Assembly (NCBI GenBank): GCA_024653575.1
Contig: JANLIJ010000161.1
Location: 1-38,398 of the forward strand
Direction of reading: 5' to 3'
Length of the DNA: 38,398 nucleotides
Source: Candidatus Kaiserbacteria bacterium
Lineage (GTDB): Bacteria; Patescibacteriota; Minisyncoccia; Phycocordibacterales; UBA918
The position numbers and the translations under genes were made by a program. Under the pieces are notes generated by a model. It worked only from the letters and a program-made list of their open reading frames with translations. It did no database searches and was not told the origin of the DNA. Below, piece by piece: positions 26,192 to 34,064 of this stretch (the first letter of the stretch is position 1; each line of letters begins with the position of its first letter).

Positions 26192-27331
26192 ATGATTCAC
26201 ACGGAAAAGACCGTGCGAACTCTTCAGGCTGTTGCGATGTCGGTTGGTTTGGCACTATTCCTTTGGAGTACAGGCCTCCCAGCATTACTCCTCCAAGCGG
26301 AGGCGGCATCAATCACGAACGCAAGTGATACGCTGAGTAATTCAGCACCATCAGTGACCTCAAACCACACGATTGCCTTTACTACGCTAAATGGTATGAC
26401 AATCGGACAAAACTTTACCGTGACCTTCGCATCACAGTTTGACACCTCAGCGGTGACAATCAACGATGTAGACCTCAGTGTAGCTGCTGCCGATCAAACG
26501 ATCGTAGATGGTGCATCAGTGGCTGGTCAATGGGGAGTTGCGGGTTTGGGGACTGACGCGATTACATTTACCACACCTACAGATGCAGGAGTCGGATCTT
26601 CAACAGCAATTGTTGTGAAGATTGGATCAAATGCAACTGGTGGTACGATTCGAATCGTGAATCCAAGTGCTACAACGTCCTATGCAATTGATGTTGCGGG
26701 GACAATGCAGGACTCAGGACAGATGCGTGTTGCAATTGTTGATCAGGTTACCGTGTCAGCGAGTGTCGATACGTCACTCACATTTTCAGTTACCGGAGTT
26801 AATCCTCTACAAACTGTAAATGGAAGCCCTACTACAACAATCGCTACATCAACACCGACAACACTTCCATTTGGAACACTTCCAGTGGGAACATCACGTA
26901 CACTTGCACATGATCTCACTGTCGCCACTAACGCCTCACAAGGCTATACGGTGACGATACAGCAGACCGGTGATTTGCAATCAACAACTGGTGCAACTAT
27001 CGATGGATTCATTGATGGTGCAGATACTGCAACGCCAACAGCGTGGCAGGGACCAGCAACATTAATTGCAAACCCTGATACGTATGGACACTGGGGTATT
27101 ACCTCAGAGGACTATGCGTCAACATCTCGTGCCGTTGAATTTTCAAGTGACACGTGGGTATCAGGAAGTACGACACCTATCGCAGTTATGGGCCACGATG
27201 GCCCAGCTGACGGCCTTACAGCTGGTTCAGGTGCTACACGAGTCGGTTATCAAGTTCAAATATCAGCATTGCAAGAAGCGGGTGACGACTATACAACGAC
27301 ACTTCGCTACGTAGCAACGCCGACGTTCTAA
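26192..27331 (+). CDS. Secreted two-domain WxL/fimbrial-subunit-like protein; candidate major surface subunit
   Basis: Signal peptide (..AEA-A). VTVSASVDTSLTFSV, LPFGTL, LTVATNASQGYTV and C-terminal GDDYTTTLRYVATPTF. It has its own promoter, long leader and terminator. Confidence 0.8.
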   Translation: MIHTEKTVRTLQAVAMSVGLALFLWSTGLPALLLQAEAASITNASDTLSNSAPSVTSNHTIAFTTLNGMTIGQNFTVTFASQFDTSAVTINDVDLSVAAADQTIVDGASVAGQWGVAGLGTDAITFTTPTDAGVGSSTAIVVKIGSNATGGTIRIVNPSATTSYAIDVAGTMQDSGQMRVAIVDQVTVSASVDTSLTFSVTGVNPLQTVNGSPTTTIATSTPTTLPFGTLPVGTSRTLAHDLTVATNASQGYTVTIQQTGDLQSTTGATIDGFIDGADTATPTAWQGPATLIANPDTYGHWGITSEDYASTSRAVEFSSDTWVSGSTTPIAVMGHDGPADGLTAGSGATRVGYQVQISALQEAGDDYTTTLRYVATPTF

Positions 27332-27349
27332 GCAACAGACTAAGAGTGT

Positions 27350-27390
27350 GAAAAACCCTATCTCCCACCACGAGACGGGTTTTTCATTTT
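27350..27390 (+). terminator. Intrinsic terminator
   Basis: GAAAAACCC..TCTC-loop-GAGA..GGGTTTTTC followed by ATTTT, about 20 nt after the stop codon. Confidence 0.7.
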
Positions 27391-27801
27391 CTCGATGGCT
27401 CTGCCATCGAGAAAATGAAAAATCCGGCTCGTCCCACGATGACGGGTGCCCAAAAAATAAGGAGCGAAGCGACATATTTTTCGAGGCCGTGGCCTAGAAG
27501 TTAACGAGCGAAGCGACTATAACTTCTGGTCTGTCTCCTTTTTCTTTCACAATGAAAAAGGAGACCATAACAAAATTTTATTCCTAATAAATTTTGTGAC
27601 GCATCACTCCAACGCAATTTATAGTTCAGCATGGTGCGCTGATGCGCCCCATACAGCGACTATATTTTCTGAGCCCGTCGCAAAATTTTATTCCTAATAA
27701 ATTTTGTGACGCATCACTCCAACGCAATTCATAGTCCAGCATGGTGCGACGACACAAAATATGAGTGACCCAATTCCTAGTTTCCTAGCTCGTCCCACGA
27801 T
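27376..27801. repeat. Cluster of palindromes and direct repeats (REP/MITE-like)
   Basis: 20-bp perfect IR at 27380-27422, 12-bp IR at 27533-27565, 68-bp direct repeat at 27571-27638 / 27681-27748, 14-bp direct repeat at 27427-27440 / 27788-27801, and GAGCGAAGCGAC twice. Confidence 0.85.
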
Positions 27802-27842
27802 TTTTTATACACCCTCCATGCATGTGAGTGCACGCAAACTCT

Positions 27843-27851
27843 TGCTATACT
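27843..27851 (+). promoter_or_regulatory. Extended -10 promoter (TG-C-TATACT)
   Basis: TGCTATACT ends 12 nt upstream of ATG 27864. Confidence 0.6.
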
Positions 27852-27863
27852 ATGTTTATATAT

Positions 27864-28880
27864 ATGAGGTGGACATTTTTCATTCAGGGTTTTTGGTTTG
27901 CATTGTTATTCTTAGTACAACCTCTTGCTGTGCATGGAGCACTTCTCTATTTTGACCCCGCAAGTACTGATGTGTATAGAGGTGATAGCGTTACACTTTC
28001 ACTCAGGCTCGATACTGATGAAGGGGAGTGTATCAACACTATTGACGCCACTGTCCACTATGACGAGTCCGTTCGTGCGGTTGATATTTCGAGGGGAGAC
28101 TCTATTTTGAATATATGGGTTGAGGATCCCGTTATCGATGAATCAGCGCATACTATTAAATTTGCTGGGGGTATTCCTGGCGGATACTGTGGTCGCATTC
28201 CTGGAGACCCAAGTCTCACCAATGTTATCTTGAAACTCGTATTCCGCTCACCCGGCTTTAGTATAGGAGGTGGAGACAGCCAGTCAGCACGTGTTTGGGT
28301 GGATGAGAACGTGCAAGTGCTTCTTCATGATGGGTATGGAACAAATGCTGACACAAAACTGCAGGACGCGCTCATTAATTTAATGAGTACCCCAGGGACA
28401 AACGTTTCTGATACATGGAGGAGTGATGTTGGAGGAGACGCTGATTTGCCGTCAGATTTTAGTATCACTTTAACAAAAGATGACACAGCTTTTAGTGGAC
28501 GATATTTTGTTGTATTCAATTCCAGTGACAAACAGTCAGGTATTGATCACTATGAAATAATGGAAGAGCCATTTTCAGAATTCTTTGCCTTCGCATGGGG
28601 AAGGGCAGACGCACCATGGGTACGGGTAGAGAGTCCTTATGTACTCGAGGACCAAACGCTCAACAGTACTATTCGTATAAAGGCTATCGATAAAGCAGGA
28701 AATGAGCGCATCGCAACTCTTGTCCCCGATACTGCCTTACGAAGCATGTCGCAGGATGCACTGATCACAACCATTGTTGCCGTTGGTGTAATTGGATTGC
28801 TTAGTACACTCATTGTGTATGGGTTGTGGAAACGGCGGCAGCGTGTTCTTGAAAACTCTAATAAAATTGATAATGAGTAA
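27864..28880 (+). CDS. Membrane-anchored cohesin-domain protein
   Basis: Signal peptide (..VHG-A). LYFDP..GDSVTLSLRLDT..INTIDATVHYD..SILNIWVEDP..IKFAGGIPGG cohesin-like pattern, Ig-like DKQSGIDHYE..IKAIDKAGN domain, C-terminal TM and KRRQR. Confidence 0.8.
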   Translation: MRWTFFIQGFWFALLFLVQPLAVHGALLYFDPASTDVYRGDSVTLSLRLDTDEGECINTIDATVHYDESVRAVDISRGDSILNIWVEDPVIDESAHTIKFAGGIPGGYCGRIPGDPSLTNVILKLVFRSPGFSIGGGDSQSARVWVDENVQVLLHDGYGTNADTKLQDALINLMSTPGTNVSDTWRSDVGGDADLPSDFSITLTKDDTAFSGRYFVVFNSSDKQSGIDHYEIMEEPFSEFFAFAWGRADAPWVRVESPYVLEDQTLNSTIRIKAIDKAGNERIATLVPDTALRSMSQDALITTIVAVGVIGLLSTLIVYGLWKRRQRVLENSNKIDNE

Positions 28881-30615
28881 TCACACTACATGGCGTGTCC
28901 TCTTGCTTTCAATCACCTGTCTGTGCTTGTTTCCTTTTTCAAATACTGCTGAAGCTGCGGTACTTAAACTAAACCCGAATACAGGTGTTTATTCGGCGGG
29001 AAAATCTTTTACGGTGTCCATTGTTCTGAACACTGAAGGAAAACCCGTGAACGCTGCAGATGGTCAACTTTCATTCAGTCCGCAAGAACTACAGGTTGTA
29101 TCGATATCTCGAGCGAGTTCCATCTTTAATCTATGGACTGAGGAGCCATCTTTTTCTAACGCGCGGGGAACAATCACATTCAGTGGCGGTTCTCCTTCAG
29201 GATACAAAGGTGCCAGTGGTTCAATTGCTGTAATCACATTTAGATCACTCGGCGCGGGAACACCAAAGGTGACTTTTTCAAATGGCTCTGCGCTCGCAGC
29301 TGACGGAATGGGGACAAATGTACTCACTGCAATGAACGGTGGCACATATACGATTGCTGCAGAGAGTGTCAGTCCTGCTCCTGAATACATTCCTCCTGCA
29401 AATACACCAAAAGCTCCAGTTGTTACCTCGAGCACGCATCCAGACGAATCTGTTTGGTACAAAGAGAAGAGTGCCAATCTCGCGTGGACACTCCCTGATG
29501 ACGTTACTGCAGTTCGTGTAATTCTTGATGACAATGCGGGCACTGTCCCGACAAAAGTCTATGACGAACCAATTACTGAAAAGACGATTGAGGATTTGCC
29601 TGAAGGAACTTCATACTTTCATATTCAATTCAAAAACGGTGAGGGGTGGGGCAAAATTACTCACTTCAAACTTTCAGTCGATACAGAGACCCCAAAGAAT
29701 TTTGTCGTGAGCGAAGAAGATGGGGAAAACTTGAGCAACCCAAAACGGGTTCTCGTGTTTACCGCTGAGGACACCTCACCGCTCCTTAACTATAGAATCC
29801 AAATTGATGGCAAAGACCCACTTGATTTTAAGGATCTAGAGCAGACAAGTAAATATGCACTTGACCAACTTTTGCCCGGATACCACACGATTACTGTTGA
29901 GGCTTTTGATAGTGCAGGCAATTCAACAGTCGCAAATTATTCCTTGACAGTTTCAACGTTTGAAAAACCTATTTTTATTGATTATCCAACGAGAGTCAAT
30001 ACTGAGGTAATTCCAGCAATTAAGGGTAAGACACGCCCGCAGTCATCAGTAGCGATTACTGTCAGTGAAGCAAGTGGTGCTCGTATTGCAAATGCAGATG
30101 AGGGCACGCGTACCTATACAGTCACGAGCAACGATAGTGGTGAGTTCATCTTTATTCCAGATGGGCCGTTCATAGAAGGTGTCTATGTCATACGAGCTAT
30201 TGCAACAGATTCGTTTGGCAGTATGAGTGAAGAGTCAGACGAGATACGCCTCATTGTTGAAGTCCCGGGGTACATTGCAATTGGTTCGGTAGTAGTGAGC
30301 ATCCTCTCAGTGCTGGTGCCTGCGGTCAGTCTTATACTCGTATTGCTTTTTGGGACGTGGTATCTTTGGCACAAACTCATTGTGTGGAAGCGACGTGTGC
30401 GAAAGGAAACCCTTGAGGCTGAGGAGCGTTTGACTCTTGAGTTCGATGGTTTGGTGAAGAATCTCCATGAACATGTGACAGAACTCAAAGAATCACGCAA
30501 AAATAAATTAACAAAAGCAGAATCAGAATTAATTGCAAAGATTGAGGATGATCTTTCACTTGCACGGAAGAAGATTGGAAAGGAAATTGAGGATATAGAA
30601 GGTGTAATCAAATAA
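28873..30615 (+). CDS. Cohesin + three Ig-like domains + TM + cytoplasmic coiled coil
   Basis: Start at 28873 (MSNHTTW) overlaps the previous stop. LKLNP..FTVSIVLNTEG..VNAADGQLSF..SIFNLWTEEP..ITFSGGSPSG cohesin pattern, ITVEAFDSAGN, a TM, then a charged helical tail. Confidence 0.8.
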   Translation: MSNHTTWRVLLLSITCLCLFPFSNTAEAAVLKLNPNTGVYSAGKSFTVSIVLNTEGKPVNAADGQLSFSPQELQVVSISRASSIFNLWTEEPSFSNARGTITFSGGSPSGYKGASGSIAVITFRSLGAGTPKVTFSNGSALAADGMGTNVLTAMNGGTYTIAAESVSPAPEYIPPANTPKAPVVTSSTHPDESVWYKEKSANLAWTLPDDVTAVRVILDDNAGTVPTKVYDEPITEKTIEDLPEGTSYFHIQFKNGEGWGKITHFKLSVDTETPKNFVVSEEDGENLSNPKRVLVFTAEDTSPLLNYRIQIDGKDPLDFKDLEQTSKYALDQLLPGYHTITVEAFDSAGNSTVANYSLTVSTFEKPIFIDYPTRVNTEVIPAIKGKTRPQSSVAITVSEASGARIANADEGTRTYTVTSNDSGEFIFIPDGPFIEGVYVIRAIATDSFGSMSEESDEIRLIVEVPGYIAIGSVVVSILSVLVPAVSLILVLLFGTWYLWHKLIVWKRRVRKETLEAEERLTLEFDGLVKNLHEHVTELKESRKNKLTKAESELIAKIEDDLSLARKKIGKEIEDIEGVIK

Positions 30616-30616
30616 A

Positions 30617-31279
30617 ATGAAAGATAGAATTCAAAACCATGCAGTCATCGCGTCAGCCCTCTTGTTTTTTGTTGTTACAATTCTCGTAGGTGTGTGGCTT
30701 GTTCACTTTAATCAGCGTGAATTAGAAACATCATTGCGGGCTTCGCTCGAGTTGAAGGAAATGCGCCTGCAGGAACTTGCTGATATTACAGACAGGAACG
30801 GCGCAGATGAAATTGTTACTAAGATTATTGCTGACTGCTCACGGAGACCAGAATTTGAATCATTACTTGTCCGTCTCTCAGAACTCAACGGAAAGGAGTT
30901 GTTGACACTGCAAAATCTTGAAGACGCATGTGGTGGTTTTTATGCAGAACGAAAGGCGCTCATGGTATCAAAGCTCGAGCAAGAGTTTCAGAATTACTCT
31001 GAAACAGTGAAATTCCTCCTTCTCCTCACCTCACATGACTCAACCTCGTACCGTATAGCTGATTGGAATGCTCTCGTCACACTTGAGCAGGAACGGAGCG
31101 ACCTTCTCACTGAACAGAGGGTGTTACAGGAGGAAATCATTACGGCGCTCATGCAGGGGTCATTAGTTCAGAGTGCTCGAGTACAAGATCTTGTCCATGA
31201 GGCACAGGAGATTGCTGAACTTCTTACTGTTCACGATAGGCAAATAGACGAAAAGAGAGATGCCTTGAAGGTGCCCTAG
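30617..31279 (+). CDS. Single-TM coiled-coil hypothetical protein
   Basis: N-terminal TM, a Leu/Glu/Gln-rich heptad helix and one Cys pair. It starts 1 nt after the upstream stop. Confidence 0.8.
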   Translation: MKDRIQNHAVIASALLFFVVTILVGVWLVHFNQRELETSLRASLELKEMRLQELADITDRNGADEIVTKIIADCSRRPEFESLLVRLSELNGKELLTLQNLEDACGGFYAERKALMVSKLEQEFQNYSETVKFLLLLTSHDSTSYRIADWNALVTLEQERSDLLTEQRVLQEEIITALMQGSLVQSARVQDLVHEAQEIAELLTVHDRQIDEKRDALKVP

Positions 31280-31289
31280 TTAGTTGTCT

Positions 31290-32030
31290 ATGATACAAAA
31301 ATTTTTGCTCTTATTTTCAATACGACCAAGAGACAGAAAATTTGATACTGTTCGATATGCTTTTCCAATTGTGGTCATCGCTACAATCTTTGCTGGCCTC
31401 GCATCCATCGCAACGGAGAACAGCTCATACGTCACCATCAGTTCTCCATTGACTACCATTTCCCGCGACCAAGAATTTTTCATTGATGTTTCAATTTCTG
31501 CACACGTTCCAATCAATGCAATTGACCTGGTAATATCATATTCTGAAAAGACACTTGATGTGCTTGCGATTGATACCGGAACATCGGTCATAACACTTTG
31601 GACAGAGAACCCATACGCGGAGAACGGAAAAATATATTTGCGTGGTGGTACCTTCAGGAAGGGCTTCCTTGGTGAGCATGAGGTTGCGCGAATTAAAGTG
31701 CGCGCCAAAGAGGCCGGTGAAGCACGGTTCTTTGTGAGCGGAACTGAATTTATTGCGGGGGATGGCCTCGGAACTCCGGTAACTGCAGTAGAATCAGAAC
31801 ATAATGAACTCAAAATTGCGGTGCTTGGTGATGATCGTGGAGTTATATCGGGTGAGGCAACCATTTCTCTTGTGACCGATACCGATGGCGATGGAGACGT
31901 TGATTTGGGCGACATTAGTGACTTTATGACTGCGTGGCTTACACGAACGAATATGTATGATTTTAATCATGACGGAAAAATGACTTTTAGAGATTTTTCG
32001 ATACTTCTTGCAGATTCTTTCCTTCGATAG
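31290..32030 (+). CDS. Cohesin + dockerin fusion protein with N-terminal TM/signal
   Basis: FFIDVSI..PINAIDLVISY..SVITLWTENP..IYLRGG cohesin pattern and DTDGDGDVDLGDIS / DFNHDGKMTFRDFSILL dockerin loops. Alternative TTG start at 31284. Confidence 0.8.
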   Translation: MIQKFLLLFSIRPRDRKFDTVRYAFPIVVIATIFAGLASIATENSSYVTISSPLTTISRDQEFFIDVSISAHVPINAIDLVISYSEKTLDVLAIDTGTSVITLWTENPYAENGKIYLRGGTFRKGFLGEHEVARIKVRAKEAGEARFFVSGTEFIAGDGLGTPVTAVESEHNELKIAVLGDDRGVISGEATISLVTDTDGDGDVDLGDISDFMTAWLTRTNMYDFNHDGKMTFRDFSILLADSFLR

Positions 32031-32108
32031 TGGGTAGTGCCTAGTACTTAGAACTTAGCACTAAGTATTAAAAATTATGTACTAAGTTACTAAGCACCAC
32101 GTACTAAC
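32028..32108. repeat. TAGTACT / GTACTAA heptamer-periodic imperfect inverted repeat
   Basis: TAGTGGG TAGTGCC TAGTACT TAGAACT TAGCACT, then GTACTAA GTTACTAA GCACCAC GTACTAA. Confidence 0.7.
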
Positions 32109-32115
32109 CTAGAGC

Positions 32116-32220
32116 TGTTGATAAATGTGTGGATAGTGCTGGGATTAGTTGTTACTATTGTATATACAGGCACATTGGGTAAACTCGTACGGCAAAAGAG
32201 TCCCTGAAAGTGTGTTTGTA
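32116..32220 (+). promoter_or_regulatory. Two DnaA-box-like sites, extended -10 (TG-T-TACTAT) and a 5'-leader hairpin
   Basis: TGTTGATAA at 32116-32124, TGTGGATAG at 32128-32136 and TGTTACTAT at 32150-32158. Stem 32165-32176 pairs with 32209-32220. Confidence 0.55.
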
Positions 32221-32228
32221 CGTAGAGT

Positions 32229-34043
32229 ATGAATAGAAAACGGTACGTAATGAATACGGCACACAAAGACCTACGCGGTTTTGCATATCTGATATACAGT
32301 GCTATTTCACTGTCACTCCTCATGGTGATGGTGTTTTTACCGCTTGCGCCACTTTTTGCTGATGAGATTGTGATGGACGAACCTACGGTCACTTCTGTTG
32401 AAGAAAGTGTTGTGCCTGACTTCGTTGATCTGGTACCAGAAACAGAAGAGCAGGTAGTCGAAAGCGAGCAACAAGACTTAATTGAGGACGTTGCTATAGG
32501 AAGTGTTATTGATGAACATAATAAATCAGAATTAACTCAAGGTGATTCAGATACAGTACTTTATGATGCTACACAAAGTGGCGAAGACCCAGTACCTGTT
32601 GAAGAAATTACAAGTTCAGATACAAGCGGAAATGCGGTAACTGAGGAAGGTGATATTGCTGATGTAGAAGTAATTGAGGAAAACACAGAGGCAGTGTCTG
32701 ATGAGGCTATCGATACGGAGGTGGCTGAGGAAGCTTCAAATACATCAGACGAGGTCGAAGATATTGAAATCATTGATGAGACAGTGGAAGAATTGCTTGA
32801 GGAAACTGATGGAGAACAGGTCGGGGACATTGATGAGGAGCAAGTCAATGAAACCGAAGAGACTATTTCAGACACTGAAGAGGAAAATGATATTTCTGAT
32901 GAAGAGTCGAAAGTCCACGCAGTCGCAACTTCTTCTGACACAGAAAATGTAATTATGGTAAATACACTTACCAATGACAGCAATAAATTCTCGTTTGCAG
33001 AAAATGAATGCACTACTGCAGGCGATGGAACATTTTATTGTGTAAAAGCTGAACATGCACCTGAGATTATTCATACTGACCGTATTTTTTCAGCCATTGA
33101 CATTGAGGGGGATAAGGAGATTTATGTTGAAAAAGATAGTGAAATTAGCCCTCTCACGAGCAATCAGTATGATGATGATGCACCGTACTATGATGAAGTC
33201 TCAAATACTGCTGTGTGGCATCGTCTCATTGATGGCCGGTACCAAATCATCTCTTTTGATTTTGATAAAGAAGAAGAGACCCAACTAACGAACGATCGAT
33301 TTAACAATATGGAGCCAAACCGCTTTGGTAGCGCAACTGTGTGGCAGGGATGGGTGGGAAATGATTGGGAGATATTCTTTTTTGAAGGTGGCGAACTTAC
33401 TATGCTTACCGACAATACCATTAATGACATCACACCAAGCGTAAATGGAGCATATGTCGTGTGGCAATCATTTGAGAACAGTGCCTGGGTTATGAAGGTG
33501 TATGACATTCGTTCAAGAACAACTGCAACTATTGATGATAAATCAGGAGGCTCTATCGAGAATCCACGTTTTGTACTTGTGTATGATTCAAAACAGATGA
33601 CTGGTGATGTTGAAACAAAGGGATATGACCTCAAGAGTGGTAAGGTGATTGCCCTTGGTTCATCCCCAGTGAATCTACCTGAAGAAATTCCAGATCCAGA
33701 TCAGACTGGTGAGGAGCGTGCGCTTGTGACAATCATCACCCAACTGAAACCAAAGACAGAGGACGATGGTGGTGGAGATGAACCGTTACCAGATGCTGTT
33801 GGTACAAGTACCCCAAGCGACACAGATTTATTCATTACACCAAACGCCATTGAGTTTGGTACCACAACACTCGAGACTGTAGAAGGGCCCACTGCGACAT
33901 CGTCAACTGACGTTATTGTTCCAGCCATTATTACAGTAGATAGTGTCGACACCTCACACATTGAGGATATCATTGTTACAACATATGTAGAGCCAATTGC
34001 AAGTACTACTCTTGCACAGGAAATGATTGTTTCTGAGGAGTAA
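32229..34043 (+). CDS. Exported protein with D/E-rich disordered stalk and TolB-like beta-propeller repeats
   Basis: N-terminal hydrophobic segment and ~190 aa of acidic low-complexity sequence. Repeats LTSNQYDDDAP / LTNDRFNNMEP / LTDNTINDITP, each followed by VW(H/Q). Confidence 0.8.
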   Translation: MNRKRYVMNTAHKDLRGFAYLIYSAISLSLLMVMVFLPLAPLFADEIVMDEPTVTSVEESVVPDFVDLVPETEEQVVESEQQDLIEDVAIGSVIDEHNKSELTQGDSDTVLYDATQSGEDPVPVEEITSSDTSGNAVTEEGDIADVEVIEENTEAVSDEAIDTEVAEEASNTSDEVEDIEIIDETVEELLEETDGEQVGDIDEEQVNETEETISDTEEENDISDEESKVHAVATSSDTENVIMVNTLTNDSNKFSFAENECTTAGDGTFYCVKAEHAPEIIHTDRIFSAIDIEGDKEIYVEKDSEISPLTSNQYDDDAPYYDEVSNTAVWHRLIDGRYQIISFDFDKEEETQLTNDRFNNMEPNRFGSATVWQGWVGNDWEIFFFEGGELTMLTDNTINDITPSVNGAYVVWQSFENSAWVMKVYDIRSRTTATIDDKSGGSIENPRFVLVYDSKQMTGDVETKGYDLKSGKVIALGSSPVNLPEEIPDPDQTGEERALVTIITQLKPKTEDDGGGDEPLPDAVGTSTPSDTDLFITPNAIEFGTTTLETVEGPTATSSTDVIVPAIITVDSVDTSHIEDIIVTTYVEPIASTTLAQEMIVSEE

Positions 34044-34064
34044 GTACGCGATAATTAAGAGGAA

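Noticed and set aside
27421-27440. AATCCGGCTCGTCCCACGA resembling a tRNA 3' end / att site
   Set aside because: No upstream GTTC T-loop or cloverleaf, no CCA end and no integrase nearby. Kept only as a direct repeat.
27571-27748. Possible CRISPR array (palindromic repeat + 42-bp spacer)
   Set aside because: Only two 68-bp copies, longer than typical CRISPR repeats, and no cas genes in the window.
24617-32030. Cellulosome
   Set aside because: No glycoside hydrolase or multi-cohesin scaffoldin recognised. Each protein has a single cohesin.
32165-32220. c-di-GMP-I riboswitch or hammerhead ribozyme (GGCAAA, CTGAAAG look-alikes)
   Set aside because: The two-hairpin GEMM arrangement and the CUGAUGA core are absent. 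Reported only as an unassigned hairpin.
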